From the IMG/VR virus record IMGVR_UViG_3300046804_003518, positions 124,324-188,323 of that record: a DNA stretch of 64,000 nt; one strand, 5' to 3'. The notes below the pieces were generated by a model, which was given only the letters and a program-made list of their open reading frames with translations, was not told where the DNA came from and did not search any database. Position 1 is the stretch's first letter, and each line of letters begins with the position of its first letter. The stretch comes from a virus. The position numbers and the translations under genes are program-made. Below are positions 47,869 through 56,168 of the stretch, one piece after another.

Positions 47869-48338
47869 TGTATACCTTAAACATTGTAAGATATCCTGGA
47901 TTTAGATTAGTCCAGCATCAACTGATTAAAAATACATTCGTAACATTTTCTGATCGAGTTGATTTTTCATTCTTTCCCCATTCGGGTGGTCCTACAGTAA
48001 GAAATATCAGTGGTGTGGACCACTACAACGGTATACGCTCTCCTGGTTCATATATGGATCTGAGGGAGATATCAAAGGGCACTCGTGAAGTTTTTGTAAT
48101 TGAGACTGGTTATACTTGTTGCTTTACAGCAGTCGTTGGAGCAATAATGATGTCGTATAGTAGAGGTACGGAAACTATACTGCCACCAAATACTATGGCT
48201 ATTATTCTAAATGGTAGTGTTGAGTTCAATGATAGGGGAAAGATTAAGAAGGCCAATCAATACAATTTAATCGTCAAGCGGCCCTATGAAGTAACTCTTT
48301 TAGGTGAGGCCGAAATAGCACTTGCTGTGAAGGATTAG
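47868..48338 (+). CDS. Hypothetical beta-rich protein (paralogue family, copy 3)
   Basis: ILPPNTMAIILNGSVEFND...LLGEAEIALAV. Confidence 0.6.
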   Translation: MYTLNIVRYPGFRLVQHQLIKNTFVTFSDRVDFSFFPHSGGPTVRNISGVDHYNGIRSPGSYMDLREISKGTREVFVIETGYTCCFTAVVGAIMMSYSRGTETILPPNTMAIILNGSVEFNDRGKIKKANQYNLIVKRPYEVTLLGEAEIALAVKD

Positions 48339-48341
48339 GGT

Positions 48342-48824
48342 ATGCAGTATACAAACTTCATGTATTACTATGGTGACTTTCATTTAATACAACAACAAGT
48401 GTTAAAGGGAACGTGTAGGGATTATGACGAGTCTGTGTTGTATACATGCCTACCAGCAGTCGGTGGCGCAACAGTCAGAATGCATACTGGAATGTTACAA
48501 TTTGAGGGGCAAATTTACGGTCCTGGCACGTTTCTTGATCTTAAAGAGATTAGTGATTTGGGGGGAACGCGTAAAATACAAGTTTTAGATAGTGGAGTTG
48601 TATGTTGCCTAGATTCGCCAAAAAATAAAAATATACATATGGTATATACAAGCGGTGATAGTCATATATTGCCGCCCGACACAGCAGCGATAGTTATGAG
48701 TGGTAGTGTTAGTTTTAATGATAATGGTATTGTTAAACAAGCTGAACAATTTAATATGATTAAGAGACGACCTTATAGTATAAACTTAAACGGACAGGCA
48801 GAGCTGGTACTAGTAACAAAGTAG
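48342..48824 (+). CDS. Hypothetical beta-rich protein (paralogue family, copy 4)
   Basis: ILPPDTAAIVMSGSVSFND...LNGQAELVLV; collinear with copy 3. Confidence 0.6.
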   Translation: MQYTNFMYYYGDFHLIQQQVLKGTCRDYDESVLYTCLPAVGGATVRMHTGMLQFEGQIYGPGTFLDLKEISDLGGTRKIQVLDSGVVCCLDSPKNKNIHMVYTSGDSHILPPDTAAIVMSGSVSFNDNGIVKQAEQFNMIKRRPYSINLNGQAELVLVTK

Positions 48825-48836
48825 TGGAGCTATCAA

Positions 48837-49334
48837 ATGAAACTACAGATTGAAGGTGGGTCAAAATTACACCACAAGCATTGTAGGCAGTTTGCTCGTT
48901 TCTTTTCCAATAGGTTCTTTTCTAAAGATCTTAACAAACAAATAAGTGTTAAATTAAAATTTATCAGGAAGGCAGAGATTGCATACGGGGACGAATGTGC
49001 TTGTATGGAATGGATGGATAACAATAGGCAACCAAGAAAGTTCACAATCTATATCTACACGCCTCCAAAAGTTTCTTTAAAGTATGTCATTAGTACTCTT
49101 GCACATGAAATGGTTCATGTTAAACAGTATGTGAGAAACGAACTAGTTGATCTATCATCAACAGATTTCAACTCTTCTGTATTTAAGAATAAGAGATATA
49201 ATCTTAATAGAGTAGACTATTATGACCAACCTTGGGAAATCGAGGCTTTCGGTCGTGAACGAGGTTTAACAAAAGAATACCTCGAAAGGGTCAAGTTAGC
49301 TAAAAAATTATTGAAGCACCCTGTTGACTTCTAA
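48837..49334 (+). CDS. HExxH metallopeptidase-like protein
   Basis: STLAHEMVHVKQY...QPWEIEAF. Confidence 0.75.
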   Translation: MKLQIEGGSKLHHKHCRQFARFFSNRFFSKDLNKQISVKLKFIRKAEIAYGDECACMEWMDNNRQPRKFTIYIYTPPKVSLKYVISTLAHEMVHVKQYVRNELVDLSSTDFNSSVFKNKRYNLNRVDYYDQPWEIEAFGRERGLTKEYLERVKLAKKLLKHPVDF

Positions 49335-49352
49335 TTCAAGATGCCGTAATAT
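49324..49352 (+). promoter_or_regulatory. Sigma70 promoter
   Basis: TTGACT-17-TAATAT. Confidence 0.7.
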
Positions 49353-49415
49353 ATACCCTACTTGATGAGTGTGACATTAAGTAATTTGTTAAACTGTTAA
49401 ATTGATGGAGTTGTT

Positions 49416-49682
49416 ATGAATAAGCCTAATGTTGTTAAGGTTCTTGAGAAGGGTCCTAAGACCGTTGCCCAGCTTGTTGAAGCTGTTGGTACTGGTGCTC
49501 AGGCTCGTGTTAGCGAGGCTCGCTTTGCTGGCTTCTCAATCTACTCGAACCGTAAGACGTTTGCTAACGGCCGTACAACGACTGTTTACCGTCTCGGTAA
49601 GCCTTCTAAGCGCTTCACGCGTAACATGAAGGCCGGTCGTACGCAGATCGCCGTTCGCTCGCTCTATACTCGCGCTGCCTAA
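49416..49682 (+). CDS. Small basic winged-HTH-like protein
   Basis: ARVSEARFAGFSIYSN...TTVYRLGKPS; SD GGAG; own promoter and terminator. Confidence 0.65.
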   Translation: MNKPNVVKVLEKGPKTVAQLVEAVGTGAQARVSEARFAGFSIYSNRKTFANGRTTTVYRLGKPSKRFTRNMKAGRTQIAVRSLYTRAA

Positions 49683-49705
49683 TTCCCAATAGGCACAAAA
49701 GAGCC

Positions 49706-49742
49706 AAGAGGGGGCTGGAGTCTTCTAGCCTCCTCTTTTTTT
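49706..49742 (+). terminator. Rho-independent terminator
   Basis: AAGAGGGGGCTGGA-GTCT-TCTAGCCTCCTCTT followed by a T-run. Confidence 0.8.
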
Positions 49743-50228
49743 ATGACAACGATAGATTTACCCTTCTACTATCCATATAGTGAACCTAATCCACAATTAA
49801 AGTGGCATTCGAGGTTCATAACTCTTGCTACCCATATTGCTGATTGGTCAAAGGACCCTTCAACAAAAGTTGGAGCTGTTATTGTCGATGATGAGCGAAG
49901 AGTAGTTTCTCTTGGCTATAATGGTCTACCGAGGGGTATGGTTGACCATGACTACATACTAAATAATAAAGAACTTAAACTTCAGGTTGTCAAGCATGCT
50001 GAAGAAAATGCTATCCTCAATTCGCTCCTTCGTCCAGCTGGCTGTACAATTTACGTTACTCATCATCCTTGTTCCAGTTGTGCTGGTAGCATCGTTCAGT
50101 CTGGTATTCGTCGTGTTGTCTTTCCTACCATTAATCTTGATAGTACGTTTCCTGACAGATGGCGACAATCAATATCACTCGCACAGACGATATTTGAAGA
50201 AGCCGGAATAGAGGTTATAGAATTATGA
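49743..50228 (+). CDS. cd: dCMP deaminase
   Basis: SKDPSTKVGAVIV, GYNG, HAEENAI, PCSSCA. Confidence 0.92.
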   Translation: MTTIDLPFYYPYSEPNPQLKWHSRFITLATHIADWSKDPSTKVGAVIVDDERRVVSLGYNGLPRGMVDHDYILNNKELKLQVVKHAEENAILNSLLRPAGCTIYVTHHPCSSCAGSIVQSGIRRVVFPTINLDSTFPDRWRQSISLAQTIFEEAGIEVIEL

Positions 50229-50461
50229 TAGAATTAGATAACAGAGTTACTGTTAATAACTTTCAGACAACGATTGAAAGTTGGGTCCACAGAAAGGGGA
50301 TGGGTTATCTCGAAGCAATTATGTTTTATTGCGAACAGCACAATATTGAAATTGAAGCTGTTGCCTCTTTGATTAGAAAGTCAGAGGCTATCAAGGCTAA
50401 ACTTGAAGCAGAGTGTGAGGACCAAAACATGATTTTAAAGCAACCTAAGTTACCAATATGA
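50225..50461 (+). CDS. 33: Late-transcription coactivator gp33
   Basis: YLEAIMFYCEQHNIEIEAVASLI....KAKLEAE....N.......KLPI. Confidence 0.85.
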   Translation: MIELDNRVTVNNFQTTIESWVHRKGMGYLEAIMFYCEQHNIEIEAVASLIRKSEAIKAKLEAECEDQNMILKQPKLPI

Positions 50462-51006
50462 AAATTACGTGTACCAATAAACTAACACCAAAACTGCGTA
50501 AGCACGTAATTGCCATTACACGATTCACTGTTGAACAGATCTTTACGAAACGACAACGAGATAAGTTGCAATCTATTTCTATCAGAGTAGATAAGTCGTT
50601 AAATGATTCTACAATCCACAATGTGGGTGCTGTTCCATTAGCCTATATGGATGCTCACATTGACGACTATGGTGAAAATCAAAGCCCAAGAAACTTTGTA
50701 ATTTGGATTAATCCTTTCTTCACTAGGAAGAACCTCACGAGGTTTACAAAGTCAACATTCCTGGAAACCATTGTTCACGAGACTGTCCACATTAAGCAAG
50801 CAATCAGTGGTCAGATGAAGCAAGTGTACAAAAATGGTAACATGATGATTAAGTTCCATAAGAAGTACTATAAGCTCGACTCAAACGACAAGTACTGGTT
50901 GTTCCCTTGGGAAGTTGAAGCAAGAGGGTATGAGAAAGGAATCATCAATCTTTATTGCATTAAGAACCAATGCTATATGGAATTTCCTGACCATCAGCTG
51001 AAGTAA
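50458..51006 (+). CDS. HExxH metallopeptidase-like protein
   Basis: ETIVHETVHIKQ...FPWEVEARG. Confidence 0.7.
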   Translation: MKITCTNKLTPKLRKHVIAITRFTVEQIFTKRQRDKLQSISIRVDKSLNDSTIHNVGAVPLAYMDAHIDDYGENQSPRNFVIWINPFFTRKNLTRFTKSTFLETIVHETVHIKQAISGQMKQVYKNGNMMIKFHKKYYKLDSNDKYWLFPWEVEARGYEKGIINLYCIKNQCYMEFPDHQLK

Positions 51007-52004
51007 TGTATACGCTTGGTATTAATCTCTCACATCACTCATCTATAGCACTTCTTAAAGATAATGAAGTCATTCTCTTTCTACACGAAGAAAGAGCAAA
51101 TAGAGAGAAGTATTATAGAGGTATTCCATACAAGTCGCTCGACTTGATTAAGAGCTACACAAACTCTATAGATAACGTAGTTCAGGTTAGTGGCTCTTTA
51201 AAAAATCTCCATACGATAGTAAAATACCTAGCTAGTAGAGGCGTGGGCGTCAAGCGCTCAGAATCTAGAAGTGACCTACACCACATGGCACATGCTGCAG
51301 CTGGGTTCTATATGTCTCACTTCAATGAGGCAACAGTGGCTGTTGTTGATGGAGCAGGAGCAATGCACCGTCTTCCTGATTCCAATGTTAGGATATCAGA
51401 AACAACATCATTATACAAAGCAACATTTCCAAAAATTATTTGCACTGATAAGCACTTTGTTATTGGCTTATATGATAAGAAGCCATTAGCTTATACATCT
51501 GAAAGCAAAAGAAAGTTCAGAGAAAAGTTCAAAGGAACTAGACTCAGTATATCAGAAGCCCACGATATAGGTTGGAAATATGCTGCGGTAACATCGCGTA
51601 TTGGATTTGGGGTTTTTGGAGAAGGTAAGACAATGGGTCTGTCTGCATATGGCTACACACCCTCTACTGACTTAAATATCAAGAGAGCTTATAAAATTCA
51701 AAGACAGCTAGAGTCGTTTTTCCTAGAGTTAGCAGCTAAGGTCAAAACCTCTAATTTAGTTTTAAGTGGCGGCTGTGCATTGAACATCTTGGGTAATTCT
51801 CTAATTAAGAAAAATCACCCTCATTTAAATTTATTCATTGATCCAATTGCAGCAGACGGTACAGTTGCCTTGGGAGTGGCAGCTTATAGTTATTACGCTG
51901 TAACTAAAGATATAAATAAATTAGTATTTGGTCCATATCAGGGACCCAACTATTTGATTGAGAAGAATTACATTTATGAATGTGCAAGAAAATATTCAAT
52001 ATAG
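51006..52004 (+). CDS. Carbamoyltransferase N-terminal (Kae1-like) domain protein, copy 1
   Basis: TLGINLSHHSSI, HHMAHAAAGFY, VVDGAG, EGKTMGLSAYG, LSGGCALN, ADGTVALG. Confidence 0.88.
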   Translation: MYTLGINLSHHSSIALLKDNEVILFLHEERANREKYYRGIPYKSLDLIKSYTNSIDNVVQVSGSLKNLHTIVKYLASRGVGVKRSESRSDLHHMAHAAAGFYMSHFNEATVAVVDGAGAMHRLPDSNVRISETTSLYKATFPKIICTDKHFVIGLYDKKPLAYTSESKRKFREKFKGTRLSISEAHDIGWKYAAVTSRIGFGVFGEGKTMGLSAYGYTPSTDLNIKRAYKIQRQLESFFLELAAKVKTSNLVLSGGCALNILGNSLIKKNHPHLNLFIDPIAADGTVALGVAAYSYYAVTKDINKLVFGPYQGPNYLIEKNYIYECARKYSI

Positions 52005-52533
52005 TGATGTTGCTAAACTCCTTGCCGATAAGAAGATTGTAGCTTTATTCCAAGGTAGGTCTGAGAGTGGTCCAAGGGCACTTGGCAATAGATCTATGTT
52101 ATATACTCCTACCGACCCCAACGGTAGAGATTATGTTAACCAGGTTAAAGGAAGAGAATACTTTAGACCTCTTGCCGCCTCCATGTTACATGAATATGCT
52201 AACGACTGGTTTGATATGCTTGGGATTCCAGAATCTCCATATATGACATTCTCCTTTACTTGCAAAGAAGATAAAAAGAATATCATACCTTCTGTCATAC
52301 ATGTTGATGGTTCATGTAGAATACAAACTGTTACACAACAACAGAATTTTCATTACTATAATCTAATTAAAGCATTCAATAACATCACAGGCGTACCAAT
52401 GGTACTTAATACATCTCTGAACCTTGGGGGTGAGCCATTAGTAGAAACAATTGATGACGCTTTCAAGACTTTTGCTAAGTCCAAAATAGATTACCTATAC
52501 CTTCCAGAGTTAGAGTTGATTGTATCCAAATGA
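51976..52533 (+). CDS. Carbamoyltransferase C-terminal (YrdC-like) domain protein
   Basis: FQGRSESGPRALGNRS, VKGREYFRPLA, SPYM, HVDGSCRIQTV, LNTSLN..GEPLVET. Confidence 0.92.
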   Translation: MNVQENIQYSDVAKLLADKKIVALFQGRSESGPRALGNRSMLYTPTDPNGRDYVNQVKGREYFRPLAASMLHEYANDWFDMLGIPESPYMTFSFTCKEDKKNIIPSVIHVDGSCRIQTVTQQQNFHYYNLIKAFNNITGVPMVLNTSLNLGGEPLVETIDDAFKTFAKSKIDYLYLPELELIVSK

Positions 52534-53723
52534 GTTACTACACTCTAGCCATTTCATCTTCCAATCACGACTCATCTATTTGTTTGCTAAAGGATGATAC
52601 AATCCTTGCAGCCTATTCTTGTGAAAGAACTAATAGAATGAAACATACACAGCGGATTGAACAATGTGACTTAGATATAATTAAAAGATACACTAACACC
52701 ATTGATAAACTTGTTCTTGTTAATGTGCTTGAACACTTAAATCAAACAACACCATCAATAAATGCATTCAATGTATCTGAACCAGTTGATTCAATAAAAA
52801 GAAAGCTTAGGTCAAGTGGCATACACTATAAAAACATAGTTGTCGATAATGCCAACCATCATTTGTATCACGCAGCAGCAGGATTCTATACATTAGGTGT
52901 AGAGGATGCTATTGTTATCATTATGGATGGATTTGGTTCTGTGCAACGATATCCAGACGCATCGTTCTCTGAAACGACAACAATCTTTTATGCAAAGGAT
53001 ACAATAGACACATTACATAAAAACATACTATACAAGTCCTGTAGTGCAATTCAGGTTGGTTGGAATCCTGAGAAACTGAAGCAAAAGCAACAAGAGTATA
53101 ACTTTCCTGTAACATTATCTTCTCATCTCGATATCGGCAAGATGTACGGTACTGTTACAAGATACATTGGATTCCGTACTGTTGATGCTGGCAAGACGAT
53201 GGGTCTTTCAGCATACGGTAAACCAAATAACTTACCACCAATGCTAGTGGATGATACTACTATTTCAAATAGTAACTTGTTTAGATATGATAGCCATATC
53301 GACACTCAATGCTATCCCCAACTAGAAAATCCTAATGACGAAATTAAAAAGAACATGGCCTACAATGTTCAAAGGGCTCTTGAAAAGATATTTGCTGAAA
53401 GAGTTGCATCTGCTTTAAAAATCAAGTATAGTGATAATGTAATTCTTGGTGGTGGTTGTGCACTTAACATCTTAGGCAACTCAGTTGTTAAAAGACACTT
53501 TCCTGACATTAACGTATATGCAGAACCGATTGCAGCTGATGCTGCTCAATCAGTTGGAGCGGCGTTACATCATTATAAGTTAGACTTTCCAAACACAAAG
53601 TTTAAGAAGATAGATAATTTATATTTTGGACCACATTACCAACTACTAACTGTTAAACAGAGACTTTTCGACCTAGTGGAGCGATACAACAATGAGTCTA
53701 CTTTACAGAGCCTCAGCAACTAA
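52530..53723 (+). CDS. Carbamoyltransferase N-terminal (Kae1-like) domain protein, copy 2
   Basis: HDSSICL, HHLYHAAAGFY, IMDGFG, AGKTMGLSAYG, GGGCALN, EPIAADA. Confidence 0.88.
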   Translation: MSYYTLAISSSNHDSSICLLKDDTILAAYSCERTNRMKHTQRIEQCDLDIIKRYTNTIDKLVLVNVLEHLNQTTPSINAFNVSEPVDSIKRKLRSSGIHYKNIVVDNANHHLYHAAAGFYTLGVEDAIVIIMDGFGSVQRYPDASFSETTTIFYAKDTIDTLHKNILYKSCSAIQVGWNPEKLKQKQQEYNFPVTLSSHLDIGKMYGTVTRYIGFRTVDAGKTMGLSAYGKPNNLPPMLVDDTTISNSNLFRYDSHIDTQCYPQLENPNDEIKKNMAYNVQRALEKIFAERVASALKIKYSDNVILGGGCALNILGNSVVKRHFPDINVYAEPIAADAAQSVGAALHHYKLDFPNTKFKKIDNLYFGPHYQLLTVKQRLFDLVERYNNESTLQSLSN

Positions 53724-53877
53724 TACGAAGGTAGCTGAGCTGGTTGTCAATAGCAACACGATCGTTTGCGTCCTAACGGATAAGACGACTAAGACGGCTA
53801 AGACAATCATCTGTATGACTGTCCAGCAAGCCGAGAAGTTGATCGAGCAATTCCTACATCCTAAAAATCCCTACTAG
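53692..53877 (+). CDS. Small hypothetical protein
   Basis: SD GGAG, host-like codon usage. Confidence 0.45.
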   Translation: MSLLYRASATNTKVAELVVNSNTIVCVLTDKTTKTAKTIICMTVQQAEKLIEQFLHPKNPY

Positions 53878-54112
53878 AATCAATAAGTTACACTACCGTG
53901 TTTTTGGATGAAGAAAACACGTTTTCCTTTAGAATCAATGGGTTACACGTTTCGAGGTCGTCTAGAAGGTGTAGTAGTGTATGATTGGCGTGCTGCTAGC
54001 CCAATTTTCGTATATACGCGTCAAAATGCGCTCTTAAATTACTCAATAGAATCAACAAGTTATAACTCCTTGGAAATCAAAGGGTTATGGTCAATTTTGT
54101 AACTCCTTGATT
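53878..54112. repeat. Cluster of five IHF-consensus sites
   Basis: AATCAATAAGTTA (53878), AATCAATGGGTTA (53933), AATCAACAAGTTA (54050), AATCAAAGGGTTA (54075), TAACTCCTTGATT (54100). Confidence 0.75.
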
Positions 54113-54119
54113 TTTGATG

Positions 54120-54147
54120 TTGTACTATTCTGCCATTCGCGTATAGT
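54120..54147 (+). promoter_or_regulatory. Sigma70-like early promoter
   Basis: TTGTAC-16-TATAGT directly downstream of the IHF cluster. Confidence 0.55.
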
Positions 54148-54180
54148 GGCCGTATGTTGAATATGAATGAGGTGATCTGA

Positions 54181-55056
54181 ATGCCTAGAGGTGTTCCGAA
54201 GAACGGGTTCCGAATGACCAAACGTCGTCGGCAATCGCTTGGTAAGTCTGCAACCGTTGCTCTTACTCTTAATAAGAGTACTGAGTCAGTGGAACAGATC
54301 CAGGAGAAGCTGACTGAGCGTTTCAACGCTCTAGAGGTTCTTTCGGAAGCGACTGGTAAGGGTATCAACCGCTCTCTGATTGTATCAGGACCTGCTGGTC
54401 TTGGTAAGTCGTATACGGTTGAGCAGAAGATGCGACAGCTCGAGAATGCAGGTCACGTTGTGTCCTACATCAAGGGCTATGTTCGTCCGCTCGCGCTTTA
54501 TCGGTTGCTATACAACGCTCGGTTTGAGCATTGTGTACTTGTGTTCGACGACTCGGACTCTATCTTCGCAGACGACGTCTCGATGAACCTTCTGAAGAGT
54601 GCGTGCGACTCAACTGAGAAGCGCAAACTCCACTGGTTGTCGCGATCTGTTGAGAGCTTAGAGGATGAGGATGGTGAACCTGTTCCGGATAACTTTATCT
54701 TCGAAGGTTCTGTGATCTTTATTACGAACTACGACTTTGACGACCTCATTGCTCGTGGCTCGCGACTTGCTCCTCACTTTGAGGCGCTGGTTTCGAGGTC
54801 TCATTACCTCGACCTTGCAATGAAGACGAAGCTCGACTATGTCGTTCGTATCAAGCAGGTTGTTGGTCAGGGGATGCTTCGTGATAAGCAGATTTCAGAC
54901 TACGATGCTGGAATACTTGTAGACTTTGTAGAGAAGAACATGGATAATCTCCGTGAGCTGTCTCTCCGAATGGTCATCAAGTTGGCCACGCTGATGAAGA
55001 TGGACTATGTCAACTGGCAAAAGTTAGCAAAACAAACTTGTTTTCGTAGCCGTTGA
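54181..55056 (+). CDS. AAA+-type ATPase, conserved in T4-like phages
   Basis: Walker A SGPAGLGKS, Walker B LVFDDSD, FITN, SRSHYLDL; SD GAGGTG. Confidence 0.85.
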   Translation: MPRGVPKNGFRMTKRRRQSLGKSATVALTLNKSTESVEQIQEKLTERFNALEVLSEATGKGINRSLIVSGPAGLGKSYTVEQKMRQLENAGHVVSYIKGYVRPLALYRLLYNARFEHCVLVFDDSDSIFADDVSMNLLKSACDSTEKRKLHWLSRSVESLEDEDGEPVPDNFIFEGSVIFITNYDFDDLIARGSRLAPHFEALVSRSHYLDLAMKTKLDYVVRIKQVVGQGMLRDKQISDYDAGILVDFVEKNMDNLRELSLRMVIKLATLMKMDYVNWQKLAKQTCFRSR

Positions 55057-55081
55057 CATATATAGTAGTCTAGCTGATAAT
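55053..55081 (+). promoter_or_regulatory. Sigma70 promoter of the tRNA/ncRNA array
   Basis: TTGACA-17-GATAAT. Confidence 0.75.
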
Positions 55082-55087
55082 GCTAGG

Positions 55088-55422
55088 CCTAGTCGAGTGA
55101 CCATGAGCTTACTCGACTGCTCTTTAAAAACATGAATTCCAATTAGGTGCTTCGCGACCTGTCGGCAAACATTAGTCAATTTATTTAGACCGACTGGAGT
55201 GTTTCGACGCTCGGCTTCCGTTCAGGATGGCTTAACAGCGACCTTATTACTGGGTGCCCACCACCCCCTCGTTGTAGGTAGACTCATTTTAAACAGAGTC
55301 CGAGCCGTTTTGTTGTTGTAGCGGTGAAAAGAGTGGACCTTTTTTGCAGACTGCTACCTGACCTTCGTAGCAGCGTGGACTGTCACCACGGAGCATAGTG
55401 TGACGCCGGATCAGTAACCGGC
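55088..55422 (+). ncRNA. Candidate structured non-coding RNA(s) heading the tRNA array
   Basis: No ORF; hairpins AGTCGAGT/ACTCGACT, GTCGG/CCGAC, GCTCGG/CCGAGC, GACTC/GAGTC, CTGCTAC/GTAGCAG, GTCAC/GTGAC, GCCGG/CCGGC. Confidence 0.45.
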
Positions 55423-55430
55423 ACTTATTT

Positions 55431-55506
55431 GGACCCATCGTCTAGAGGCCTAGGACGTGGCCCTTTCACGGCCGTAACGTGAGTTCGAATCTCACTGGGT
55501 TCACCA
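55431..55506 (+). tRNA. tRNA-Glu(TTC)
   Basis: Cloverleaf, loop CT-TTC-AC, encoded CCA. Confidence 0.93.
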
Positions 55507-55512
55507 CATTAT

Positions 55513-55588
55513 GGATCGTTAGCTCAGCTGGTAGAGCATTTGACTCTTAATCAACAGGTCGTAGGTTCGAACCCTACACGGTCCACCA
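55513..55588 (+). tRNA. tRNA-Lys(CTT)
   Basis: Cloverleaf, loop CT-CTT-AA, CCA. Confidence 0.93.
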
Positions 55589-55593
55589 TTTTT

Positions 55594-55670
55594 GGCTCGG
55601 TAGTTCAGTTGGTTAGAATACTCGCCTGTCACGTGAGTGGTCATGGGTTCAAGTCCCATCCGAGTCGCCA
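55594..55670 (+). tRNA. tRNA-Asp(GTC)
   Basis: Cloverleaf, loop CT-GTC-AC, GCCA. Confidence 0.93.
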
Positions 55671-55674
55671 CATT

Positions 55675-55748
55675 GCCGGATTGGTATAACGGAATTACAG
55701 CGGTCTCCAAAACCGTTAACGGGGGTTCGACTCCCTCATCCGGTGCCA
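55675..55748 (+). tRNA. tRNA-Trp(CCA)
   Basis: Cloverleaf, loop CT-CCA-AA, GCCA. Confidence 0.92.
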
Positions 55749-55762
55749 GCTATATAGTTTAT

Positions 55763-55837
55763 TGGCGAGTAGATCAGAGGTAGATCAGCTGACTGTTAAT
55801 CAGCCTGTCGATGGTTCGATCCCATCCTCGCCAGCCA
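55763..55837 (+). tRNA. tRNA-Asn(GTT)
   Basis: Cloverleaf, loop CT-GTT-AA, GCCA. Confidence 0.93.
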
Positions 55838-55841
55838 TTTT

Positions 55842-55973
55842 GATGTCGCGACATCCCTATAGTGTAAGAGTTTGTCTGTATGGGTAGCACTATATGAATT
55901 ATGAGAGCTAACAGAATGCATCCTTGCTGTGTGGGGGTAAGGTCTAAGAATGAACCTTAAATGGTAGCCCACA
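55842..55973 (+). ncRNA. Candidate structured RNA between tRNA-Asn and tRNA-Ala
   Basis: GATGTC/GACATC, TATAGTG/CACTATA, TCTGT/ACAGA, GTGTGGG/CCCACAC, TAAGGT/ACCTTA. Confidence 0.4.
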
Positions 55974-55981
55974 CCTTATTT

Positions 55982-56056
55982 GGGGGATTAGTGCTAATGG
56001 GAACACGCCGCGTTTGCATCGCGGAGTTGAGAGTTCGATTCTCTCATCCTCCACCA
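55982..56056 (+). tRNA. tRNA-Ala(TGC)
   Basis: G3:U70, loop TT-TGC-AT, ACCA. Confidence 0.93.
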
Positions 56057-56059
56057 AAC

Positions 56060-56168
56060 TTGTCATTCGTAAGCCATGGGTGATCGTAAAGCCCGAGTAA
56101 CTGCGCCAACAGAAAACTTCAATTCTAGATACATGAAGGTGAGACGCAGCAGATAGTACGAATGACAA
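56060..56168 (+). ncRNA. Candidate structured RNA closed by a perfect 12-bp helix
   Basis: TTGTCATTCGTA/TACGAATGACAA enclosing GGGT/GCCC, CTGCG/CGCAG, CTTCA/TGAAG. Confidence 0.55.

Noticed and set aside
53908-54102. 64-aa ORF in the IHF cluster
   Set aside because: No SD, no recognisable motif, and it overlaps four regulatory boxes; more likely non-coding.
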